62,828 bases of DNA, filler included, from Globobulimina sp. (GCA_003354225.1; 16 parts of 16 records of this genome joined end to end with filler, not necessarily neighbours in it), one strand, 5' to 3'. Shown: positions 1-11,698, counted from the whole stretch's first letter. A program made the numbers and translations. Notes: generated from the letters alone by a model not told the origin.

Positions 1-37
1 TTTCCAGTATTCGCGTGTTAGATTAATTGATTTAAAG

Positions 38-1056
38 ATGTTTATATTGACATTGACATTGACAACGATCTTTTATACAACAATTGGCGAATCAACATTT
101 CTCGATGGTGGAGCAAAACAAGATTCGATTAATATTCCAATTCTTATACAGTTAAATATAAATATATGATATCTGTATAATTGTTTTTGTATGTTTTTGT
201 CTGTTTTTGTCTGGTCGCTATTAAATATAACACAAATTATAGGCATCCTGGTGTTGCAGTATTTGAAGCACGACGGCTTTCACATTCTGACCCTGACTGT
301 CAAACTGCAGTGTCTGTGCTGTTACAATCTGATGACTATGGTCAAGAAACCTCATTTGAATTTGTATACCAAGGCACTGTCGATGTGGTTGCGTCTCAAC
401 CACTATATTCTATCCCCGACAACACATTTACGCGATTTAATTATTCGTTGCAAGGTGACCATTGTTATACATTTAACATTTTTGATAAACATATATGTTG
501 CAGCGCAGGTGCTGGGTATGTTCAAATTGAAATTGATGACACATTAGTATTTGATTCTAATTTCTCGGGATCTGGAGACTCATTTGACTTTTGTTTGGAT
601 GGTTGTGCCACCACAGCCGAGCCCACCACAGCTCAACCCACCACAGCTGAGCCCACCACAGCTGAGGCCACCACCGCCGATCCGACAGAAAGTAGTGATT
701 CTGATTCTGAAGATGTGTCGTCGGGAGATAGTGACTCAGGAATTCGAAAAAAAAAAAGGAAAAAAAAAGGAAAAAGAAAAAAAAAGTCATCGGGAGAGAG
801 TTATTCTGATTCGGGAGATATGGCACTCGCTGTTGTAGATAATTATAAATTGGATGATGAGGGTAAGGCTGATGATGCTTCTTTGACTGTGTCGCTATAT
901 TGGAATGAAAATCAAATATGGATTTTGTATACAATGTTAATTGTGTTCTTCGGTACAAATGGTTTGGTTTTTGTCTATGTTTGTGAAAAAAATAAAAATG
1001 TGCAAGTATATCATGTCGATGATAACAATGAAGAATTGCCATCTAATAACATTTGA
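38..1056 (+). CDS. Type I membrane/surface protein: signal peptide, small Cys-containing beta module, PTTAE mucin-like stalk, C-terminal TM
   Basis: ATG at 38 (MFILTLTLTTIFYTTIG). GT-AG intron 151-242 joins in frame to ORF 181-1056. Contains SDDYGQETSF...CYTFNIFDKHICC..G.G.Y-like module and TM IWILYTMLIVFFGTNGLVFVYV. Confidence 0.7.
607..687 (+). repeat. 15-nt coding tandem repeat (about 5 copies) encoding [AP]TTA[EQD]
   Basis: cccaccacagctgag-like units seen directly. Confidence 0.85.
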
Positions 1057-1303
1057 TTTAAATCTATTTGTATTAATTTTTCCCTAATCTTCTTTTATGT
1101 CATTTATTAATTAATATGTTATTAATTCGTTCGTTATTTAGTTACTTTTTTTTTCTTTATTACCTATTTTTACTCACACGAAATATCTAGAAAAAGTGCA
1201 AGCAAACAGAACAAAATATTCTTATATATATGTAAGTTGACTCAATTTTTCGTATATACACTAACTACAATGGTTTTAATTTCACCAAACATACGAATTA
1301 AAA

Positions 1304-3047
1304 TTATTGCAAGTTACTTTTTTTTTCATCATCACTCATTACATTCTGCGTCGCTTTGACATGATGCTCCAACATATGTATGTATTGTGCCTGCATTTCA
1401 TTCTTTTGCATGGCCAGATCCTGCTGCGTCCATTTTGCAATACTTTTATATCGAAACATATGTGACACATTTGCCTGTTTCGCCCATTCCGCATCAGTCA
1501 TATCACCGCCATCCTCTTTCGAGACCGAGACCGAGATCGATACACTTATTTCCTGCGTGGTGCTCTCATCGCTATCTCCTTCCTCATGGCCATCGCCATC
1601 GCCATGGCCCTCCGCCTTCATCTCCTGCTCCGTGCTCATATCCTGTAACCTCTTCCGCATTGCGTCTACATTCTCGCGCTCCATTTGTTCCATTTGCTTT
1701 TGCATCGCCACAGTTTCTGCCACAATGCCTTTCTGTTCTTTTTTAAGTGAAATCATTTGCTCAATCTGTAATTTTTCCAGCTCAGAATAGGAACTGTCTG
1801 TGTCAACAACATCGATCTCCTCTTCCTCCGCTATCTCATCCGCGGTATCCCGACTCGTATACTGCTCCATCACTAACTTTGCTACATCGATTACGGAGTG
1901 CGACTTTTCCAACACATGCTGTCACAAAGTGTCCACAACAAAAATACGTATACAGTTAAAGAGTTATAAAGTATACAATTATAAATTAAAGGCCATATAT
2001 TGCACATACCAGCACGCGATGTTCGCTTACATTCTTTTCATAATTTAATATCCCACCGACCTCCACTGCATCTACGCCATCATCAGCATCTGCCGCTGGC
2101 TCTGCCGCCTCCTCCTCATCGTCCATAACCATCGCAAATGTATTTTCCAGTTCCTTCTCATCAATTTCTTCACTTATCTGTTGCTGCTCATATGCGTCGA
2201 CTTTAGCTTGCAACTCTGTCATTTGCTGCTCATTTATGCCTTTATAGTCATCCAATTGTAGCTGCAATGCGCTCAACTCTTTGATTTTCTCACTCAATTC
2301 CAGATTTTGTGCGCTTTTTAAGGCGGCAATCTGCGATTTGAGGGTTTGAATTTGCATCGCCTGCTTTGATTCAGTTTGTTTATATTGAAAAAGGATTTCG
2401 CTTAATGTAGTCACTTGGTTCTGTAATGATGTGTTCATAGCCACTAATTTGCTGTTTTCGTGCTGCAATGTTTTGGTGTTTGATGTGTGCTCATTATGAT
2501 CGCTCAGTTGTTGCTGCAAACGTTTATTGGATAACTTATATTGATTTAGCTCGTGTTGAGCCGTTGTAGTATATCTTTCAAACTCTTGTTGTAATTCGGA
2601 TGTTTTCGTTTGAGATTTTGCGAGCTTTTTGTCGTATTTCTGGGTGGATTCCTGTGTATATATGGTATATGGATAGGTGTTGTGTTGTGTTGTATGTATT
2701 TGATCGATTTTGAGTCGATGAGAAACCTGTATTTGACGTAGAAGCTTTGTTTTTTGTTTATATTCGGCTTCATATTTTTGGCTTATTTTGCTATATTCCA
2801 TATTTGCTGCATTTGTTTTGGAAGCATGAACGTGTTTCATTTCATCTATTTCCTGTCTGGCAGCGTCTAATTCTTTCAGTGCACTGTTTAATTGATTTTT
2901 GATTTTGTGGACATTTTTATGTTTATTTGTGGTAATGGTTTGCTTGTGATATGCTACAGATTCTCCTGCAACTTCGGTTTTGATTTCAGAGTCGTTGCGA
3001 TTGCCGTTTGTGCAATAACCTGCAAGCGTGGAGTCTTGACCTCCCAT
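1304..3047 (-). CDS. Coiled-coil protein with possible N-myristoylation (MGGQDS), two introns
   Basis: ORFs 1986-3047 and 1304-1915 are joined in frame by intron 1919-2009. A stopless in-frame intron lies at 2652-2726. Q/E/K heptad-rich. Confidence 0.7.
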
Positions 3048-3119
3048 TAGCTCAAATCACGAAGGAATGATGACTATGACTAGAAAAAAACGTACAGCTT
3101 TAATTTGACTTTTTGAAGC

Positions 3120-3839
3120 ATGTCGTATCAATTTGGCTGGATACAAGAATTTTTACATGAGGATGGCAATGAGTTTTTTGTTGAAATTGATAGACAATTT
3201 CTTCTTGAAAAGGTATTGGAATACAAGCACCATTAAAATTGAATATATATTTCTATATATATAGCACACTAAAACCGGATTTGCAGAACAAATAACATAT
3301 TTCAAATATGCATTAAATGTAATATTCGATATAGAAAATGATGCAATGAAAGCATTGTCATTTCGACAAAGAGAAATAGCGGAACGAGATGCAAAAGTGT
3401 TGTACGGTTTGACTCATTCCCGATACATATGTTCGTCCGCAGGGCAGTACAAAATGTTGGAGAAATTTAAACGTGGACAGTTTGGTTTATGCAACAGAAC
3501 ATTTTGTGAGAAATGTCCAATGCTTCCAATTGGTCTTAGCAACCACAAAGATGTCGCAACTCTAAAATTATACTGTCCAAAATGCAAACAAATCTACAAT
3601 CCGAGCAATACAAAATATGACACAATTGACGGGGCATACTTTGGTACAATCTTCCCTCATTTATTCTTTATGGTTTTGCCTGAATGTAAACCGAAAGAAT
3701 CTGATAAGCCAAGCAAACCGAGTGAGCCTGGCAAGCCAAGTGAAGGCAAAATGGTAGAAAATCTGAAAAAGGTCAAGGATGCCATTTTACCGATTATTGA
3801 GGGTTTTAAAAGAAGAAAATTAACCCAATTAAAGATCAG
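3120..3839 (+). CDS. CSNK2B: Casein kinase II regulatory (beta) subunit, divergent, runs off the contig end
   Basis: Exon 1 MSYQFGWIQEFLHEDGNEFFVEIDRQF; intron 3213-3264 in frame. Motifs LYGLTHSRYI, zinc finger CNRTFC...LYCPKC and IDGAYFGTIFPHLF. Confidence 0.9.
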
Positions 3840-3939
3840 NNNNNNNNNNNNNNNNNNNNNNNNNNNNNNNNNNNNNNNNNNNNTTAATTAATTAANNNNN
3901 NNNNNNNNNNNNNNNNNNNNNNNNNNNNNNNNNNNNNNN
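3840..3939. other. Artificial contig linker (44 N + TTAATTAATTAA + 44 N), first of 15
   Basis: Identical 100-nt linkers start at 3840, 7778, 11714, 15650, 19585, 23520, 27454, 31388, 35320, 39252, 43184, 47115, 51045, 54974 and 58902. The core gives stops in all six frames. Intervening segments fall in length from 3839 to 3827 nt. Confidence 0.99.
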
Positions 3940-4122
3940 TTGGTGTTCGCCAACAAACAGGATTTACCAAACGCGATGTCGGTGAATGAGGTCACTGAGC
4001 GATTGGGTCTGAATCAATTGCGAAATAGGCAGTGGTATATACAGTCGACCTGTGGTACCACCGGCGACGGCTTATACGAAGGCTTAGATTGGTTATCTAA
4101 TACATTAAATAAGAAAAAATAA
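3940..4122 (+). CDS. ARF1: ADP-ribosylation factor (ARF1-class GTPase), 3' fragment
   Basis: [11 protein letters not shown] (G4 NKQD) and [20 protein letters not shown] match the ARF C-terminus. Confidence 0.92.
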   Translation: MVFANKQDLPNAMSVNEVTERLGLNQLRNRQWYIQSTCGTTGDGLYEGLDWLSNTLNKKK

Positions 4123-4495
4123 GAAAAATATATTTTGTCTGCACCTTTTTTTTTTGTTTGCGTCTGCTCCTTTTCTTTTTTTAACTTTATCTAAATTATA
4201 TTTGTGGAATGTGGATATATATTTTCTTTTTAATTCCTTACCGTCAATAAATTAAATAGCATCAAGTCATTCAAGTGCAAGGATAATTTATTGAACCATC
4301 GATCGTTCTGTGTTTTTTTGCCGGTGAGCGAGACTTTTTTTCCCTTTATTTGGTCGCTAATCGCTATTGACTCATTTTATTGCATTGCAAGTATTTGCAA
4401 CTGTGGCGATAGATGATAGCATGAATACAAGTAGAATGAATTCATAATAATAAAATATAAGTAACAATTCATACAGATTACAGAACAACGATACA

Positions 4496-7446
4496 TTATA
4501 TATCAGTATCAACGATTAATTCCATAGGCGTGTAAGTGCCCAGATGTTCATTTTTCAATTTAGCTGCTTTAGCAGCAGCGTCCTGATATCGTTGCAATAC
4601 ATTCAAATACAACTTACACGACAGCTCGCCACAGTGAGTTAATTTACCTTTCTTTTTCAATAAATGATTTAATTCAAATGTTCTAATCTTTTCATGATAT
4701 GACGACGTATCACCTTTTAAATCAATCGTAACATATGTTTTTCCAATATATTTATCACCAACATCAGACCCGCTCTCTTTATCTGCCTTCCTTTCATTTT
4801 GTTGTCCAAATAACTTACTATTCGCAGTTAATGCAATAATGATAAAACCCTGTTCTTTCTGCAAAATATAATTCGCAAAATCAGACGGTCTTTTTTGTAA
4901 TTTCCGCCCAAGCGTCAAACTCAAACTTTCTTTTTTCAACATAGACACCGATGCAGCACCTTTCCCAAAGTTTAAATACTTTGGAAAGTTATAATTTGAG
5001 ATGGATGGATCTCTATAATCCGTCGCCAATATTTCATCTTCCTCAGTACTGACCAAATTATATTGTTTTTGTTTTTTGGATCTGCGTTTTTTAGTTCTTT
5101 GATAGCTGTTATTTGCCAAATGACGTAAATGCATTTCGTCCACTTCCTGCACACTTTTGTTGTGCATCAAAACAGGCTGAAACTCTCTGCTTTTCTTTGT
5201 TATGTTTGCCTGTAAGATATCATTGATTACTTCGAATCCAATGATAAATAACAAGTTTTCATTCCAATTTGGATTGTTTGTGTCTCTGCAGATTTGAGTA
5301 ACTTTCTCCTGACCCAATAAATTTATCGTCAGATATGGATTCATATCATCATCATCGTACTTGCTATCATCTTCTGTTTGGTCGACAAATTCTAACATTT
5401 TCGCTGATTTTATGCAAACCACAATTGGAATGCCAACATTTTCACACAAACACGCTGCTAATTTGAGGTTATTGTCCATGACCGCTCTGATGACACATAT
5501 ATTAAATTCCATATCATTTCCAGCATTGCTTAATTGATAGTTAGCTGATACTAAAAAAGTGACTAAGTTAATATTATCCTTCTCATAAGCATGTAACAAC
5601 GGTGATTTATAGTCAATTAACGGCAGAAATTCCGTCGATTTTGCGGCATTTAATAGCAAATCTAACATCCATATAACATTGGTACGTTTATCCGCAACTT
5701 TAAACCAAACTGAATAAATATCAGTCATTATTGCTCTTTCATGGACCATGCTATTCAAACTTAAAAATATTTTCACAAATTCAATAAAATCAAAGGAACC
5801 GCTGCCATCCAAATCATATTTCTCAAAGAAAGCATGCAATTCCTGCTCACCGCGAGAGACAATAATTTCTAAATTATTTCGAATCGACAATATCTTCAAT
5901 CTCGAGCCTAAAAACCTACATTTTAACCTCCGCAACGACTGAATTGTATATTGACTAACTTTCAACCGCTCTAATTTGCATTCCTTGGAATACACACTTT
6001 TCGATATCTGCCCAAATGACTCTGTCCGAATCTTAAAATCTGACCAATTCACAAACTTACCTTTAACTGATCCCCTTTCAATGGCTGGCAGATACGGCAC
6101 AAAATCAAATGAGCCCTGAAACGTAACAGCAACATATTCGCCAAAACTCAAACCATTCGCTCGCGCCTCAAAAAATAAAATACCGCACCACAAAACCAGT
6201 ACAACCATGGATGTGATCAACGACTGTATCACTGAAATCGCATTGCATTTCTCGCACGAAGCCGGTCCAAACACATCAAACAACAGACATAGCTGGAAAA
6301 TAGCCTGCGGGAGGGATTCGGCAAAAACCTCCGACACTTTCCGCAATTTATAATATCCCAATTCCTGATATGACTGAGTTCGGTGCCGTTTGCCTAACGA
6401 AAACACCCAATAACATGGAATCACTATAATCGTTTCTATCCAATGATATATTTCAAACAGCAAAACCATAGTTATTCCAATTGGAGCAATATCATAGAGC
6501 GCTAATATTATGGTCCAACACTTCTTATATCGATTCTTTCTATGCGCTCTTTCATATTTTGAGAGAATTGTCTGTGACGCCACAGTCCAGGCAATGACAA
6601 ACGGGGCAGCCACCAAACTCGCAGATATGCCAAATAATATCGGATTGCGTGACTGTTTTAATTGCGAGGTAACTATGATATCCGTCGCCAAATCAGCAAT
6701 GGCTAGAATCTCGATGCCAGCCTGGATGAGTAATATAAGTAAACCTGGCAACAATAAGAAAGTGATTCTGTTATTTATGACATATACTGACGAGACCTGG
6801 CAGGAATGGATAAGTTCGAAAGAATAATATTGTTCTTTTGACAGCTTTGGATGTCAGGAACTTGCTCAATTTCGTTTCTTCAGATGTTTGATCTGACATT
6901 GCTGAATATTGCGGATCATTTCGTCCGTGTGGGGTTTCTTCAATTTTCGTAAATCTTTGTGCCGTATAATTTCGTTTTTGAAATATATGCTGATTCATCA
7001 CATCATTGCTATCTTCATTAATATGCGGCAGTGACAGGTAAACGTATCCTTTTATGGGTAACATGCATTCAGCATATTTATCAGTTGCTGGTTTATTGGA
7101 TATTGCAATCACTTCATTGGGTACAGTGTCGTATATGATACAGTGTCGTATATGATACAGTCTCTAGATGTTGGTTCGCCATTATCTTTTCCTTTTTGTT
7201 TATAAATATAACATTCACCATCTGCATAATATAACTGTTTTTGTGTGTAACTATATATAAGTGATTAATGTGCTGCATTCAAATAAAAGTTATCTTAACG
7301 TCAACATTCTCAGTTTTCTCGATTAAAAATTCCATATCAGAATCATTGTCGCTGTCAAATGGATCGTGTTCGATGTTTGCTGCATCCGCTGGCATTGCGA
7401 CCCTTTGTTTCCTGTTTTGTTTTGGCAGTAACCCGCGTGCTGCCAT
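4496..7446 (-). CDS. XK-related-like multipass membrane protein with EF-hand and C2 domain; 5' exon frameshifted by a 17-nt duplication
   Basis: Main ORF 4496-6754 has SEVFAESLPQAIFQL (XK-like), DLDGSGSFDFIEF (EF-hand) and NPYLTINL...DTNNPNWNENLLF (C2). Upstream exons join through introns ~6745-6796 (an alternative donor at 6787 also fits) and 7235-7299. Confidence 0.65.
7122..7161. repeat. 17-nt tandem duplication (tacagtgtcgtatatga, about 2.3 copies)
   Basis: Exact copies at 7122-7138 and 7139-7155. Confidence 0.9.
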
Positions 7447-7877
7447 GATCAAACCAATTGTTTTCAACACTCAACAGATGGGTTCAACATGTTCAACGTG
7501 CCTGTTTGGGCTCACTTTGATTTAGCAGATATGGATGATTTCTTCTTTAAGAGGAGTTGACATGTTTTATGCGAATGTTACCGTCCAAATCAAAAAGGCA
7601 TATTTGGGCACATGCGTGCAAAATAAAAACCGCTGATATCAATGGCAATGTTGACTATGGTGGTATAAAAAAACACAAAATATCATAGAAATAGAAAGAT
7701 TACTTTGTGACTGTTTTATTGTATATCGAAGTTAAGCCATTACAATATAAATAAGTAAATGTATGTCGGTATATTGTNNNNNNNNNNNNNNNNNNNNNNN
7801 NNNNNNNNNNNNNNNNNNNNNTTAATTAATTAANNNNNNNNNNNNNNNNNNNNNNNNNNNNNNNNNNNNNNNNNNNN

Positions 7878-8777
7878 GATGCGTTTGGCCGCAGCGGCGA
7901 TGGGCATACCGGTGCAGTGGAAGGCGAACGGGAATAATACGTTTTTGCCTTTCAAGCGTTCGTAGCCGGCGCGGAACTCCGCCTTTGTGATTGTGAAGGC
8001 ATGGCCTAAGTGGAGGTAGCCATTCATGTACGGATAGGGAAAGGTGCACAGAAATTTGGGTTTGTTGGGCTCTGGGTCGGATTCGAAGACATGAGCCTTA
8101 TCCCAGGCGGCTTGGATGTCCTTTTCGATCAAACGTAAATGATCGCGCCGTCCGAAGGACTGTTTGCTGTCGTCGACATCGCCGACTTTTAGCATTTTTT
8201 GCGGGATAATTCGCCGTTTATTGCCCTTTTTCTTTGGTTTTGGTGCTTGGGTTTTTGGCGCTTTTTCTTTTTTTTCTTGGGCTGGAATGTAAACATTTGA
8301 ATAGGTCCAAGAATATGCTGTGTGGCCTTTTGGTAGTTTTGGCCGGAATGCTGCATCGACTCTGTTTTGTTTTTTGTGTTGTTTGTTGAAAGAAAATAAG
8401 GAAGAATTTTTCTGGAAATTTCTTGGGTTTAATAAAAGTGGAAATATTTGATGACTAAACGGGATATTGGTGTTGCTTAGAATTGGTGGTATGGTTTGAT
8501 TTTGTTGTATTGGTAATATGTGAGGCGGATATTTTTGTTCTGCTTCAGATTTTTGTTGTTTTTGCTTATTTTTGATGTTAAGTTCGAATTCATCGATCAT
8601 TTGCATTAATTCTCTTAATTGATTCAATGCTGAACCAGACATTATGTGAGATTGTGGTTGCTTTAATGCGGTTTTGTGTTGTGATTGAAACACTGATTGG
8701 TAATAAAAAGGATTTCTTGTTTTATTTCCAGAATTAAAGGCTGAACGAGTTAATTTCGACGAAGTGCGTTGAAGCAT
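7878..8777 (-). CDS. LARS1: Leucyl-tRNA synthetase, cytosolic/archaeal type, 5' part with long N-terminal extension
   Basis: KFLCTFPYPYMNGYLHLGH (HIGH motif) and GKNVLFPFAFHCTGMPI. Truncated by the linker. Confidence 0.93.
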
Positions 8778-8968
8778 AGACACTTGACATCAAGTTTTCT
8801 ATCCTAGCCCCAGTGAAAAACGTAAACTTAATAAAGACGAAAAAAAACAAAACAAATTAACAAACGCACACAAACAGCCTATATATTATGTTATGGATCC
8901 ATTCCAACACAAAACAGAAATATCTATGGAATTGGAACGTGCATAAATTTATTTTGAGATATGTTATA

Positions 8969-11698
8969 TTATTTGAATCCTGCGGCATTAACCGATAAAT
9001 CTGCACAAAACACAGCCACAGCAATTGAATCATCATTATTTTTATTTTCATACTCATCCTTAAATTCATCCCCAACCAATAATTCTTTTTTTAAGATATT
9101 TAAATCAATTGGAACATCGTCGTGAGAAATAACTTCATTTTTTCGTTTATTTTGTTTAATATTCATCAAAATGAACATGATATCAATAAATAATACAGTT
9201 GCAACTAATATATATGAATAAACTTTACTGTCCATACAAAAGTATGAAAATGAACAAATAAATAATTGAGATATCAGCAAGCTTCCCCATAACATATAAA
9301 CTGGAACTTCGATCTTTGCATTAAATGGTTTAACGCTCCATTTTTGTCGATGTATAATCCATCGATATGAATAGTAATTAATTTGCATTGATATTACAGT
9401 CAAAGGGACAATGGCTGGTGATATAATACCAAAAACTATCATTGTTTCACATTTTGTTAATATCATTGCATACTGCATATCCACAGTAATATCATTAGAC
9501 GCAAACTTCCCACATTTATCACAACATAGGATATAGCCATATGACAATACGATATATTTAAGTTTTTTTAATCCGATTATGAGAAATGGCATAAACATCA
9601 TAGTGATTAATTTCGTACATAATATCGATGACCACTGAGATGTATAAAATCTAATGCATTTATCCCAGTTTATATCTTCGACATATTTTGATTCGCAGAC
9701 TTCCTCCTGTTTTAATAGAGGAGTATCAATGCCCTCAATGTTCACAATAATATTAAAATATGCATCGCGATGCAGTGGATCACAACGGCTCCAATATTTA
9801 GTCCATCCATTCCCACAATTTCCAGAGAGATATATTGAAGATATAAATGGAATAAGTATAATCGAACAGGACCGAAGAAGTAAAATAAATATTGGACGAT
9901 ATTTGCAAATATATACAGATCGAGATGGTACTATTGATGATATAAATAAATCATATATGGAATCTACAAATTTTGGTATGATAATTGCTGTATTTATTGC
10001 TAATATGCAGCCAATTGATTTTGTTACAGATTGAATTCCATATTCATCCATTTCAAAAATATTATGATCGGGTAAACTCTCAAAAATTATGGATAGTATA
10101 ACAAGTCCATTACAGCAAATAAATAAAAATAGATAGATAACAAAATATAGTAAAGATAGTAATAATGCTTTGCATGTTTTTGGTGGATCATCATCCGGTT
10201 TTGTTGCAATTGGAATATCATTAATATTATGTTTTTGTTTACTTTGCGTGTTTGTGATGGAATAAGCAATAAAAGTAAAATATGCCAACCATAATAAAAT
10301 AACGATAAAGTTCCATGACACATCATTTGACTCAAAATATGATATTGTGACTTGACTCGTAAGTAAGGAATACATAAAATAATTTGCATTATAGTAATAA
10401 ATAAAAATGAGCAATGTTGATAATACAATAAATTTCATGTTGAATGAGCTCATTATATTTTCAATATTCATAAGAAACCATTCAGTATTAAGATTATCGG
10501 CGGATGCTACCTTTCTTGGGATTGCAGTTTGGTCACTTTGAGTTTTAGTGAAAATTTCAATGCATTTTTGCAATAACAGGAATACCACAAAACATCCAGT
10601 TATAATAATTAATAAATAAGAAATAATTTTCTCTTTCTTTGTGATATATAATGATTCCGCAGATGCAAAAGGTGATGATTTTGATAACCAGTTTGGAGGT
10701 TCACCGTCAATTTCAAATAAATTACCAGATAAAATTAATGATTTACTTATTTTACTTGCATTTAATAAATGTTGTGGCAGAGTGCCACTCAGTCTGTTAC
10801 CATAAACTGTGAAATATTCCAGATTTTGGAATTGCATATCAAGCGGGAAAAATCCATATAAATTACATTTATGTCCTATAAAATACTGTAAATTTATGCT
10901 CTTTTCAGTTAACATATTGATATTACCATAAATATTTGCGTTATTGGAGAAGGAGATTACTCTCAAAGAATTATTATATTTCAACAAACGATTCACAAAT
11001 GAGACAACATCAAATGATAAATGGTTGTTGGCAAAAAGGATGCACTCTAAAGATATTAAATTACCTATGGATGCGGGTATTGTTCCACTGAGTTCGTTGA
11101 AATGTAAATATAAATACCACAATGATGTCAAATTGCCAATGGATGCGGGTATTGTCCCACTGAGTTCGTTGGAATCTAATAATAAAATTGTCAATGATGT
11201 TAAATTGCCAATGGATGCGGGTATTGTCCCATTGAGTTGGTTGTAATATAAATATAAAGTTGTCAATGATGTTAAATTACCAAAGGATTCGGGTATTGTC
11301 CCACTGAGTTCGTTGGAGAATAAAGATAAATATGTCAACGATGTTAAATTACCAATGGATGTGGGTATTGTCCCACTGAGTTCGTTGGAATATAATAATA
11401 AATTTGTCAATGATGTTAAATTACCAATTGATGCGGGTATTGTTCCACTGAGTTCGTTGGAACGTAAATTTATACGAATAATCGTTATATTATTATAACC
11501 ACAGACCACACCATACAAACCATCTGGACAAACAGTTCCATTTTGCAATGTTGATAGATTCCATCTATTCTTCCAATGTGGTCCATTTGTTGACGAATAA
11601 ACATCAATTAATGTGTTTCTATCGTTTTGGGTGATATCACATTGTATTAGTGACAATAATAAAGAACAACTTATACAAATCAAAAGGTTGTTTGCCAT
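8969..11698 (-). CDS. LRR receptor-like multipass membrane protein (signal peptide, plant-type 24-aa LRRs, multi-TM C-terminal half)
   Basis: LRRNT-like L..VY.STNG.HWK..W...C..LYGVVC cap, repeats LxxLxLxxNxLSGTIPASIGNL, and many hydrophobic segments after about aa 355. Confidence 0.85.
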   Translation of the reverse strand: MANNLLICISCSLLLSLIQCDITQNDRNTLIDVYSSTNGPHWKNRWNLSTLQNGTVCPDGLYGVVCGYNNITIIRINLRSNELSGTIPASIGNLTSLTNLLLYSNELSGTIPTSIGNLTSLTYLSLFSNELSGTIPESFGNLTSLTTLYLYYNQLNGTIPASIGNLTSLTILLLDSNELSGTIPASIGNLTSLWYLYLHFNELSGTIPASIGNLISLECILFANNHLSFDVVSFVNRLLKYNNSLRVISFSNNANIYGNINMLTEKSINLQYFIGHKCNLYGFFPLDMQFQNLEYFTVYGNRLSGTLPQHLLNASKISKSLILSGNLFEIDGEPPNWLSKSSPFASAESLYITKKEKIISYLLIIITGCFVVFLLLQKCIEIFTKTQSDQTAIPRKVASADNLNTEWFLMNIENIMSSFNMKFIVLSTLLIFIYYYNANYFMYSLLTSQVTISYFESNDVSWNFIVILLWLAYFTFIAYSITNTQSKQKHNINDIPIATKPDDDPPKTCKALLLSLLYFVIYLFLFICCNGLVILSIIFESLPDHNIFEMDEYGIQSVTKSIGCILAINTAIIIPKFVDSIYDLFISSIVPSRSVYICKYRPIFILLLRSCSIILIPFISSIYLSGNCGNGWTKYWSRCDPLHRDAYFNIIVNIEGIDTPLLKQEEVCESKYVEDINWDKCIRFYTSQWSSILCTKLITMMFMPFLIIGLKKLKYIVLSYGYILCCDKCGKFASNDITVDMQYAMILTKCETMIVFGIISPAIVPLTVISMQINYYSYRWIIHRQKWSVKPFNAKIEVPVYMLWGSLLISQLFICSFSYFCMDSKVYSYILVATVLFIDIMFILMNIKQNKRKNEVISHDDVPIDLNILKKELLVGDEFKDEYENKNNDDSIAVAVFCADLSVNAAGFK
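11040..11480 (-). repeat. 72-nt coding tandem repeat (LRR units, 6 copies)
   Basis: gatgcgggtattgtcccactgagttcgttg-like core at 11070, 11142, 11214, 11286, 11358 and 11430. Confidence 0.9.

Noticed and set aside
6745-6804. Intron flanked by a TGCCAGGT direct repeat as an introner or transposon footprint
   Set aside because: CAG|GT is ordinary splice consensus, an alternative donor fits equally well, there are no terminal inverted repeats, and no second copy of the intron occurs in the window.
10944-11498. Plus-strand ORFs with repeated NDVKLPMDAGIVPLSSL
   Set aside because: These are antisense shadows of the LRR repeats. Most other short ORFs overlapping long genes were dismissed the same way.
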